64,000 bases of DNA from Bugula neritina. Its lineage: Eukaryota; Animalia; Bryozoa. This document shows positions 52,901-64,000 of the stretch, piece by piece (positions within the stretch are counted from its first letter, which is position 1; each line of letters starts with the position of its first letter). The position numbers and the translations under genes were made by a program. Location: contig OZ037767.1 of assembly GCA_964035545.1 (NCBI GenBank), positions 27,110,628 to 27,174,627 of the forward strand. Direction: 5' to 3'. Under the pieces are notes generated by a model. The model did no database searches. It saw only the letters and a list, made by a program, of their open reading frames with translations, and had not been told where the DNA came from.

Positions 52901-55900
52901 AGTATTTTAGTTTTATGTTAAATGTACGGTCATTTAACACCGTGGCCGTGCATCAATCATTGATTCCTATTGGTTGACATCGATAAACCTTTTCAGAAGG
53001 GCAAATGATGTAAAGCTTAGTGCAGAGTATTGTATGCATTAGCCGGCCTATCAATAGTTAAGTGGGCGTGACATTAGCATACAATACTGCAGTATCAATA
53101 CATCAGGAATTGTCTGGTTCAACACCTAGACATCATTTGGCATAAGCGAATGGTTGGCAGCTGTAATGTTATTACTAGGAACAGAAACACTAGTGTGATA
53201 CGAGCAGTTCTAGTGACAGCATTTTCTAACTTGGCAGCGCTTATACCTTAACTAATAAACTTTGCTAGTGTTACTAATGATTTAGTTTACACATATTCAG
53301 TCTGCGATATCAAGTACAGCTATGGGACTTGCTGTACTAAAATTCACGTTTCTAATTTTCCTTCTAGTTGGAGTAACAACTGCTCAACCTTCCCGCTCAT
53401 GTACAGCTGCCGAGTTCAGATGCAATTCTGGCGACTGTGTCGGACTCGATGTCATGTGTGATGGCAGATCGGATTGTTTAGATGGTTCAGACGAGAGAAA
53501 TTGCCGTAAGTTTTTACTATATTATTTCATAATCAGTATTTATTTAAGGTGCTTTGTGATAGGAAATTCCTAAGATGACTTGAGTGTTTGCCAAACATAT
53601 AAGTCTGTGTCGGTGTAATCTGTTAATAGGCTAGTATCTACACACCAGTCATTGGTGTAAAACACATGTCTACTAAACTGCTCTCATTACAAAGATGATT
53701 AGGATGAATACTAGATGAAAGTAAAACACTAGCCAAACCTCTTCAAACACGAAATTTTAAAATCTTTTGTTTGAAATGTTTGTGTGCTTTTTCCTATCAA
53801 ATATTTGATTTTTTAAAGCAAATGCATTGACATTAATATCATTAAGATTGTAGGCAATTCCCACAGACTCAAAGTTCTCATAAGCATTTTCAATCACAGG
53901 GAAATGTGGAACAAACAGGAGTAGGGAGTTATTAAAAATTAGTAAAAATTATCCAAAAATTTACTTTTAATATGCAAGATTTTTTCAAAATAGTTTGCCT
54001 GCAGCTCGTATCTGGACATTGATGGATATATTATTACGTATATAGACACAGTTATATATCAAATACACGTCAAGGAAGCAGTTATATGTAGGGTGGTAAC
54101 TGCAGGCACCCTAAAACATGATAACACTATTCCTAGAATAGCTCAGCTTGTGGCCATCAAAATTATACAACTTTATAATATAACTGCAGGTATTTACAGC
54201 TGTACCATTCTAGTACCTGTTGTGGGCAGTCAGTTTTATGAGAGCCTGTCAGCCAAGGCCAAGTACCTTACCTAGCAAGTCATCTACATTGCAAGCTGTT
54301 TAGTGTCACTCAGATCCACACGTCAGCACACTAGATATTTGCAGTCATATTTATTCCATGAATTAAACCTGTTTTATTCAATATTAATAATAATAGGATA
54401 TAACCATTGAAAACACCACTTCAACTGATTTGTGTATCTCTTTAAGTGTTAAATCGATTTCAAAACTTTATAAATTGGTTTTGAGCTAAGATTAGCTTAT
54501 GCATTTTGCTTTATAGTGGAGCAGTTCTTAGTTGTGGACCCATTATCACACTGCAGGCAATTCTTCCTAATGTAGTCAAATGATTGGGTGCTTGGAGACG
54601 CTATTTTTAGATAAGATTGTAGATATTAGTTATAGACATTTGAGATGCTGGTGTAACTCCCTACTGACCCATTTGACTAACTGAAAAATTCCGATTCTAA
54701 AATTACTGAAAGTGTATGAGAAATTATTAAAAAGAGTCTTAAGTAAAAATATTATGTCTTAAAGTTAGGCAATTCACAAAAATTTCTGCAATTTTTTGTC
54801 CCAGTATACCTACAGATTTAAGTATTTTGGTTTGAAATGTTTTGGAAGAGTTGAAAGTGATATTTATAGACTTTTTAAAGCTACAAGATATCACGTTACA
54901 GGTATAATTTGCAATTGATGTCTGTTTGCATTGAGAGCATAGTGAAGGCTGTAAAACACTTGCAACTCACATCAATATTAACTAACTAGTCACTGCAAGT
55001 GCTCCCTTACATCATTCACGTGTTTGTATTCTCTTACTTTTGATCTAAATGTAAAAACAGATGTTTCTCCTAATAGCTTATTGCGAATGGAATTTCTGAT
55101 GAACATTGATGTATAGCTGCTCACTGCATCACTTCCAAGTACACAAGTTGCTGTATATATATGCCCGTATTCAAGCACAGTTTCTTGCCTGAAAAGTTTC
55201 TTTATTTGTAAATCTGAATTAAACCATGAAGGATTGCAAGAGTTTTAATCAAAATTACACAGTTTTGAATTATCTTAAATGCACTGCAGGCAGGTTTGGC
55301 ATAAAGTTAAAAACTAAATTGGTTCAATGAGCTTTTTTCTAAAAAGTTATATTTAATAACTTAATGCTACAGCTTGATTGGGTTTATGTCAGCAGAAATT
55401 GATGCTGTTTGAACTGGTAGTGAGAAATGTGACTACGGATTGATCTGTGAGCTCAAATTAATCCATCATTAAGTATAGTTTCTTGCTAAACTATTGAATG
55501 CATCCTTCCACTGTCCAATAGGGAGCATTGCACCTATGCTATTTCATAGCTTGAGTACCTGATACTATGTACACAGTGGGAACAGCTCAGGTTGTGCAAA
55601 CAGTTTAAGAAACTCAGCCCTTTACGTAACTCTTATGGTGTCATCTATGTATGTTATTTCCAGCCAATAACTGAGCAGTTTTTTTGGCTAGATAAATGGG
55701 CTGATGAATGAAATACGATAGCATAACTTTACTTTAGTTAATATCAGAAAAAAATTTGCTGTCGGTCACTCACTAATTTCCTTTTAATTTTAGACTATTT
55801 TGATTTTCAACTTATTTTATTTTTAGCTTTAGCAGACATTTTTCTGTTTCCTAAAAATTGAAAGCAGGCGGACTAACATTAACACAGTATCAGCTTTTTT

Positions 55901-58900
55901 AGGACAAAAGTGCATGTTTATAGAACTTCAGCTATATCGTAACGTCATCTGTTTAGATTATCTCTCTTTCATTTTTCACAAAGTTATTTCTGGAGCAAAA
56001 TATTTCCGAATGGAATGGGCTAAATTTACATAATAATGCCTAGCATGACAAGACGCAGATATGCATATACACACAATCTAAGCTATATGTACATATAATC
56101 TACATGATATTACAGCAAAGGCCGCTTTTGCATAGATGTCTGGTTTGACCTATCCAACATGATATGATAAACAGAGCTGATCCTTGTTCCTTTTTTAAAT
56201 ATTAAACCCTTGATGTCTACAGGAAATTTAGGCATCCCACCCAAGTTTGTATATATAATGACTCTAGAGGTCTGGGAGCTTGCAGGGTTCAAAGGTTCTA
56301 TAAATTGAAGTTTATTTACATTAAATTGAACATGTTTTAAATTAGAATTTTTTGCTGCCTGTTAGCTTTTTTATCAACTTTCAACGACATAATTTTTTAA
56401 GAAAATTTGAAAGTATGGTCAAAACAGCTCACATAGCGTGTAAATTTCAAATTTTATTTATTTATTTTTAATAATTGCAGTTGATGTTAAAAAAAACCAT
56501 TTTTATGCTTATGCAAATTTTAAGTAAGATATTTGAATGTTTTCTTTTCACAACTTATAGCAACGGCAAAAAATAGATTGCAAAACTTATGACCACAGAG
56601 ACCAGTCCTCCTCACGTCAACTAGAATTTCACTTCATCAGCTAATTAGATATTTCCTTTTTCAACATCAATAACTGATCATTCCAGTATCTAGTAATTAC
56701 GTAACTGATACTCTACTAACATAGCCGTCTGCACTACGTACTGTAGGCATGCACATGTTACATAGAGATGTATAATAGATGCATTTAAGAGGCAATATAT
56801 TTAACATTATTACCCTCTTCCCTACTAAAAAATGCATCGGTAGCATATTACAATTTATGTTGAACAAATGAATGATATATTAAATAAGTTACTACGATAC
56901 ATCAGGATAGTTGGTAAAACACTGCAGCAAATCTTAATATTTCATTTTAGTTCATCAAGCCATTGTCAGAAAAATTTCCGGTTTGAGCTTTTAAGAATTA
57001 CTTCTCCGAAAATAATTTTTATACCCTTTCTAAACAAAACTGTATGTTGGTGTGAAATCTGTAATTTTATAATGCTAAATTTCCGAGATTCTAAAATATT
57101 ATTAGGTTTAGATTTTTGGAGCAAAACAATTTTTAAAGTTTGATCAAGTCGCTTCACCAATGAATTTGTTACAGCAATTCCGAAATAAAAGAACGTTTGT
57201 ATCTTTGTTGAAAGAAGTAGTAAAAATCATGAAAGTATAAATCCACTGCTGCACTTAACTAGAAAATGACTTGGCTGAGCTAGAAACTTAAATTTTAAAT
57301 TTCATTATTATTTAAATTTGATTTTACTTTGCTTGCGGAATTTGCAAGACAAATTTTTTTATAAATTTTTAATATTTCTTAGTTTCTACTAGAGATTTTA
57401 GACAACACTAAAAGTTTTTATAGGGAAAGTATTAAGGCTTTGTAATCAGGATCTACAGTGGTGATCTTAATTATGGAACCGCTCAAAATAAAGTTATAAT
57501 TTATTAGTAATTAATAATTTGCTCAATATTTATAAAGTGATATAGGGTAATGTGCATATCAATGGAAAGCTAAATATGTTCTCTACAAGAATATTTTAAG
57601 AAATCAGCAAATTTCAGTTTCTGTAGTACAATTTTGAGCCAATATACTCATCTTAGTATTAAAATTGAAAATTCTAGTAAAATTACAACTTAATTTTTTC
57701 TTGTAGAGAACATATTTAGCTTTCCATTGATATGCACATTACCCTATATCACTTTATAAATATTGAGCAAATTATTAATTACTAATAAATTATAACTTTA
57801 TTTTGAGCGGTTCCATAATTAAGATCACCACTGTATGTGTATGACTCCACTCAACTACACTGGTAAACAGTTTGTGTGAACTTCTTGTCACCACTGGTGG
57901 CCTTTCTGTGAATCACCTGGGGTCTCCAGGATAAGTGTCTTATATACAAAGAAAACAAATTATTGTTTTCAGAAGCTAGCTAAATATTGCTGATAAATTT
58001 TTCAATTGGCACAATGGAAACTGTTTTCTAATGAAAGAAACTAAATTTCCTTCCCTTTATCTTGCAAGTAATTCTAGGGGGAAGAATAGCTTCCCTCAAC
58101 AATCTTTATTGTGCCAAAGCAAATATATATTTTTAAGCATATCATTATGTTTTATAAATGATGCTGTTTAAACTAAAATTTTATAGAATATTTTTATAGC
58201 TTATGATCTTAAATTAAAAAATAAGCTCATTTCACTATCAATGACAAGGTGATACTGTTGATAGAATTTGTGTAAAACTTACTAAGTAACAATGAGTTGC
58301 AAGTTGATCCCGATGTTTTCAATAGCAAAATTATTCGTTCCATTTATCACAAATAATTACTCAACTGTGCAAAGAATATAAAATATAGACTAGCATTCTA
58401 GCTCAGTATACCTTTAAGTGTTGTTTTAAGTTACTCAGCCCATCAAAATGATAACATAACCGCATAGCTTTGCCCTATCAGTTTGAGCCAAGTCCTTCAA
58501 AAGTGTTCATTGCTCATAAAAATTCAAGTATAAAGACAAAAAGCACTTCAAAATTGTGATCACAAAGCTCAAGTCTGATTGAACCTTTTTCAGAAAAGAG
58601 TAAAATATATTTTTAACAAGCCAACAAAATGCATTGCTTAAAACAGAAATGGTTAGTCTAGCAGGGTAAACCTTTAAATACACTGTGCCATCAATCCTTT
58701 AGAGTATTATTAATAAATTTTGTAATATAAATGAAGCTGAAAGTTGAACTACCCCAGTGCCATGCATACTGCACTTACTCTGAAAATTCTCTATATATTC
58801 AGAAAAAATGGGTTTTAGGTTGGTTGTGCACCCATTATATCAGCAAATCTACAACTGCCAGTCTACCGTTACAGGGGAGTAATATTTTACTTCATGACAT

Positions 58901-61900
58901 TCTTCTGTTATAGTTGAGTGAGACTTGATTTTAGTGTCAGGGTTACAAAAGCATTGTCTGGCATTGCTAAAAGTATGTTTGCTTAGGTCACGTCTTCATG
59001 TCGGTGTTACACTTTATCATATAATGTTGATATAAGCTATCATATGATATTTCATACGGTGTTGTACCATGTTATAGAGCTGTATATTTTGTTAAGCGAT
59101 TAGGTGATACAGTTAGTATGATGCCAAATCTGAAATTACAAAATCAGCACTGGGGCCCGTTTTCATTTACAAACTTAACGTCTCAAAGATAAAGTTACAG
59201 TTATCTCTATAGTAGAGGAAATTTATTATTGGAATGTTTGACTGTGTAGACATCAATAAAATGGTGAACCTGGATAAAGCTACACTCCACTTACAACTCC
59301 ACTCATTTATAAAATTCAATATTCCAATAGATCTAACAATGGGATTCCCTATAATTGACAAGTTTGAGGGCATCAGAGAAGAATGAGCAATAATTAAGGA
59401 ACAATATTATTACATGTCTCAAAGTCAATATGGTGACTTTAGTGCTTCTTTGTTTGATCATGTTGTAATAACACAATAGCTGCACATGTAATATTATGTG
59501 CATGAATGCATGTATTGCCTTTTAACTGGAGAGGTCTCCTATGAAATGATAACATAATTATTCCTGCTCATCTCTTACACAGTTATCAGTAAATGTTTAT
59601 AAATCATTATTACTTCCAAGATTGAATAACTATATGTACTTGTTGTACAATATATAGCTTAAATTTTGGGAACTTTACCACTCTATTATTTCTAGTAACC
59701 AAACTGTGTTGGAATAGTAAACTAATAGCATTAAACATGACCAAGCCTCTTTGATTATACTGTGTTGAGCATATCACTTTTATTACCGAATGTCAAAAAG
59801 AGAAAAACTGATAACCAAACCATTGATGGTGATAATTTCTATTCTAACTTCTACAGTCTGTAATAATCTGGAATCATTCTGCCAATTTATTTATGAGAGA
59901 AGCACTAAATGTTGTATTCAAAGTAAAGCCTTTAAACATCTAGAAATATCAGAACCTTGCTGTAAAGTCAAAGAGAAAAATCAACATAGTAAAAAGTTAA
60001 GATGTTTCTAAAAATACATTTTAAACAAGCTTGTTACTGTATGTTAAAAATATTAAGACATAGAAATGCAAACTATGACTAAATAACCAATTTTAATGCC
60101 TTTTCTTTGATTGAAAATTGAAAATTGATATTTGGAATTGGTTATCAAATGTAAGTATTGTTTATTTCGCATTTCAAACTTTTTTCATCTGATTTTATTT
60201 CAGTATTCACTTAAATCCTTTGTAGGAATTTGTGATGCTGCTACTGAGTTTGATTGTGGTGGTGGGTTCTGTGTGAATTCACAGTACAGATGTGACGGGC
60301 GTCAGGACTGCCCCTCCAATAGGGACGAGGAAAACTGCGGTAAGAATAATCTTGCGCTAATTTACCTTCAATCAAACAGGTCATATTAGAAGTTTCAGCA
60401 GAAACGAACACTCCAAATGGTTGACTCAATTTGAAAATAACTATGTTTAAACATTTTAATAATGGTGGCAAAATAAAAACCAGTAATTTCATGTAGCCAA
60501 TCAAATATTGATGTTATATAGTTTGCAATCAGTTTCTTTTTGCAATACCCACTGGCAGCTATTAGGATTCCAGGCTACAGGCATATGAAAAAGAAAATAA
60601 CTCCCAGTAAATATTGTTTAGAAGTTATAAACGATTTACTATGACAATAATCAGATTGTGTGGCATTTGTATCTGGTTACAGGGGTGTTAGCCACTGGCT
60701 TGAGCACTAAGGGTAGCACAAAACCACTCTGTCCCATTGGCTACTTTACATGTAGTAGTGGGAGGTGTGTGTTAGCTGTTGCTAGGTGCAACGGTGTTCG
60801 TGATTGTTACGATGGTTCTGATGAATGGAGATGTCCTAGTGAGTTGGCAGAGTTTCAACCATGGCTTTGCTAATCAAATTATTAATTGCCACATGTGTTT
60901 CTTTTAGATTTGACCACCTCTCCTTGCGCTGACAAAGTTTTCTTTTGGCATCAAAGCATCTTATGAATTATTAGTATTGGCAGCAATCGCTATTTCATCT
61001 TACATGCTACGCTATTATTCTATTTAGAACTGCAGTTTCTTATTTTTCTTCCATTGGCGATCGAAGTATATACCCTTTTTTCACTGCATGTCTCCTTGCA
61101 TATAAAACTCCTAACGTTGTGAAATGGATAGGAATTGTTGTTCAAAAATAACATAGCACATGATAGCTTTGCAAAATGATCATTGATCATCATATACTGT
61201 CAAAATGTATCCATACATTATCATCATTATCATGTGTTTTTAGTAATAAAATTTGTAGATTATTCTAGAGCTAGTTGTTTGTCTCGTGTGCCTCCTTCAG
61301 CTGTTCTGTGAGCAATTTCTTCATATGGTCATGCTTTCTTTAGTCTTTGTATCTTCTCACATGCAGTTCTGAGCCACAACTTCAATGCTTTCTCGCTAGA
61401 TTATGTGTGTCTTAGCTGTTTTAATACAGTTCAGTTTATATAGAGTCCCAATAAGAGCATTAATTTTAAGAGTTGTGTTACCCTGAGTGCTTTGTTATCT
61501 TTAAATTTTTCTTGTTTGCCAACAACTCCAACTGCTTTAGAAAAATGCTAGTTTATTTATCATTTTATTTTTTCAATTTACTCATGTAGAATATATTTTA
61601 GCTGCAGCTCCTACAGAAATTTACCCATCCACCCTAAAGGTGACTACTGGTCTTCCAACTATCACCCCTCGGCCTTCTCTGTTTCTTACTAAAGGTTTTT
61701 CTAGAAACATTGGGCAATTATATAATTCAGATAGATATGTCATCAAATCATCACTTAGCTTTCCAAAACCTAGCCAATTACATTGGGCAACTCATCTAAT
61801 CAACATTCCATTGAAATCATCATACCCATATAATAATCAAGCACCTTCCATAAATCTAAGACGCTATTTTGTCAACCCGCCTTCTAAGGGAAGTGGAAGT

Positions 61901-63686
61901 TATGGCGGTTTTATTGATCTCGAAAATTTTACTCCTCCTCCAAACAGTTGTCGGATCTCCCATTTTCGATGTATGTCTGGTAACACCGAATGTGTTCCAC
62001 GTTCAAAACGATGCGATCACAATTTTGATTGCATTGATGGATCTGATGAGATAGGCTGCCGTAAGTTCAAATTCAGATTTCTTTGCTAATTTTGATTTGC
62101 TTGCATTGGGATGTCTAGTTTCTCATTAAAATTAGCCAAATTATGGAGTTTTCATTAGTTTTGGTCAATGCAAATCTGTCTTATTGTTCAAGAAACATTT
62201 TACGATGTTGCCTGGCAAGTAAAGTTATGATTGATTATCATTTAGCCTTTGCTAACCGGTGTGATTGGGATGAGTTTTCATGTGATGTAAGTCGTTGTGT
62301 TTCATACACACATCGATGTGACCAAGTGAGGCACTGCAAAGATGGCCGAGATGAAATACACTGTCGTATGTATATTGTTCATCTTCTGAGTTGATCCTCT
62401 AGAAGTTTCCCAGAAGATGACAGAAGATGATATGGCATCTCTGCTTTACAGTCCTCATCAGAAGTTGTCCTCTTTTTCTTCTTTGTGTTTCTTTTGGTCC
62501 ACATGATAGGTGGTTATAAATAGAGTATAATATTTTATATTCACCCTATTTATTTGACCCAAAGGCTTCGCTCGAACCTATTGGCACGTGATGTATTCTT
62601 GAATATGTACACCAAAAGCTGTGAATACATGGTAACTCCTGGGTTCTAGTCTGATCTGATTGCTCCAATGTTTTAGATGCCCAATGTGGGCTAGGAACTT
62701 TGTCTTGTAATGACAGACGAAGTTGCTACACTCCTCAGCAAAGATGTGATGGTCGGGCAACGTGTCTTGACCAATCAGACGAATGGGACTGTGGTTAGTG
62801 TAGCGTAGCCGGCTCTCTTCTTTGTAGCTCTTGCTATCCATCTAGTCCTATCTTTCTCCATTATTTTAGATCTGTTGCAGGATACACCGCATCTTTCTTT
62901 TACTGTTTTGTAGATGCACACTCGTCGAGTTACATTTATTCAAGCGCTTTTTTACTCCCATTTTTGCTTGCAGTAGCTGTAGAACTATATTTTTCTCTCC
63001 CATTTGCATGCTATTTGCTAGATTTTTTGCTATAGGTTGTACCACTGCATAATATTCCATTTTTTATTTAAACTGTATAGAAAAAATCACAATGCTGAAA
63101 TTCGAGAAGAAAAATATTAGAGCTTTTAAGTAGTTGTCTCTCTTCTTGGATCAAAAAATTGTATCTTTTATTCATCTTTCGCAGCCTCCTTAATCCAAGT
63201 TACAGTATCACCAAAAACTAGTGTTGTTGAAGTTGGAGAATCTGCTACATTTACCTGTAGTGCTACCTGCCCGAGAGCTATTCAGTCATGTGATGTATGT
63301 ATATATATATCCTTTGTAACTATATCCGGGTTTTGACTTGCTTGTAAATTTTTTATTTTGAGTTTTCTACGCTATGTTAAGCTAAACTGATTTTACACAG
63401 GTGCAATGGGGCTTCAATTCTGTAAATGGCCGACTACCAGCTGGTGTAGATACAACCGGCACTTTTCTCCGTGTTGGATATGCAGACCTCTCACACACTG
63501 GAGCTTATTACTGCTCCGTGATTGGTTACTCTCAGATTAGTGATTACACTGAGTTAACAGTTAGAAGAAGGGCATCGTGCTCAGCCAATGAGTTTACATG
63601 TAACAACCAGAGATGCGTCTCACGGTCTCTTTTATGTAACAATGTAGACGACTGCGGAGATCGAACTGACGAGGCCAATTGTGTTG
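43971..63686 (+). CDS. HSPG2: Perlecan (basement-membrane heparan sulfate proteoglycan core protein), 5' part; continues beyond the window
   Basis: Exons: 43971-44048 (signal peptide [21 protein letters not shown]), 48327-48468 (REKR, SSGDEE), 49087-49380 (EFGSG, Pro/Thr-rich), 49659-49824 and 50720-50895 (SEA: FFRVTMNVT...GSPEF...LPGRQVVTV...VNFDIGS...VSPISYDF, which parallels the perlecan SEA pattern). LDLa exons: 53368-53505, 60226-60339, 60683-60838, 61602-62060, 62246-62365, 62677-62793. Ig: 63185-63294 plus 63401-63686 (Ig second half and another LDLa). SEA-LDLa-Ig order is that of perlecan domains I-II. Confidence 0.85.
48525..48690 (+). mobile_element. Degenerate copy of the same SINE family
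   Basis: gagcagctgtg...ggtggtgttagaaagagcatttagtca...ttcctgtg matches the body of the 41728 copy in the opposite orientation. Confidence 0.5.
49835..49974. repeat. 35-bp minisatellite ctgtacttactacaccatgtccacatgttgaactt, 4 copies
   Basis: Starts about 10 nt after the donor at 49825. Confidence 0.93.
51420..51880. repeat. AT-rich ~29-bp minisatellite tatactattactatatataatacatagtg, degenerate
   Basis: Visible tandem units in a perlecan intron. Confidence 0.85.
57456..57833. mobile_element. Tc1/mariner-type MITE, 378 bp, perfect 136-bp TIRs, TA target duplication
   Basis: TA|CAGTGGTGATCTTAATTATGGAACCGC... at 57456-57591 is the reverse complement of 57698-57833, followed by TA. CAGT termini with a TA TSD are typical of Tc1/mariner. 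Confidence 0.93.
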
Positions 63687-64000
63687 GTATGTCACCAAAA
63701 CTATCCTTTTATTCAAAATTAAACTTTACTTTATTACCTTGGCTGTCACCTATAGCTCAGCAAGCTTAAAATATTTTCTAAATTGGTTAACCATAGCCCT
63801 GTTTTTTGTACTGTTGAAAACTACAATCCAGCACTAATTTAGACTAAATCAATAGTTTAAACTTTATCAATTTTACTAATTATACAAAAAAGTTATTAAA
63901 CTATTTTTTCCAATGGGTTAGGCTTTGAAAGAATTAAAACTACAAGTAATGCAATCTCAGTCAACGTTTCACTAGTTATTAAAGCTGTTGCTATGTTGCA

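Noticed and set aside
55700-57350. Possible decayed DNA-transposon remnants
   Set aside because: Composition is suggestive, but I could not identify TIRs, TSDs or coding similarity.
62578-63060. Two minus-strand ORFs as a nested gene or transposase in perlecan
   Set aside because: No recognisable domain; the 87-aa ORF is antisense to the LDLa exon 62677-62793.

Overview
AT-rich, intron-rich genomic DNA from an invertebrate animal (species cannot be determined from the window). I assembled five protein-coding genes by hand from splice sites and exon phase. (1) The 5' end of a minus-strand gene running off the left edge, possibly a CELF/Bruno RNA-binding protein. (2) A complete 25-exon mitochondrial RNA polymerase POLRMT (minus, ~1256 aa). 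(3) Head-to-head with it, a 17-exon ~840-aa SPRYD3-like protein with an internally duplicated SPRY block, an 18-nt microexon and a C-terminal polybasic CaaX motif (KKSKMCTIL). (4) A ~429-aa secreted protein: signal peptide, pentraxin/LamG-like domain, Thr-rich stalk, PAN/apple domain. (5) The 5' part of perlecan/HSPG2 (signal peptide, SG sites, SEA, seven LDLa, Ig), running off the right edge. Non-coding features include a tRNA-derived SINE family (two copies with clear target-site duplications), a 378-bp Tc1/mariner-type MITE with perfect 136-bp TIRs, and many intronic minisatellites, several of which start at or duplicate splice sites. I found no CRISPR array, rRNA or prokaryotic system. The best candidates for novelty are the prenylation-tagged four-SPRY protein, the splice-site-amplifying minisatellites, and a possible internal-promoter perlecan isoform lacking domain I.
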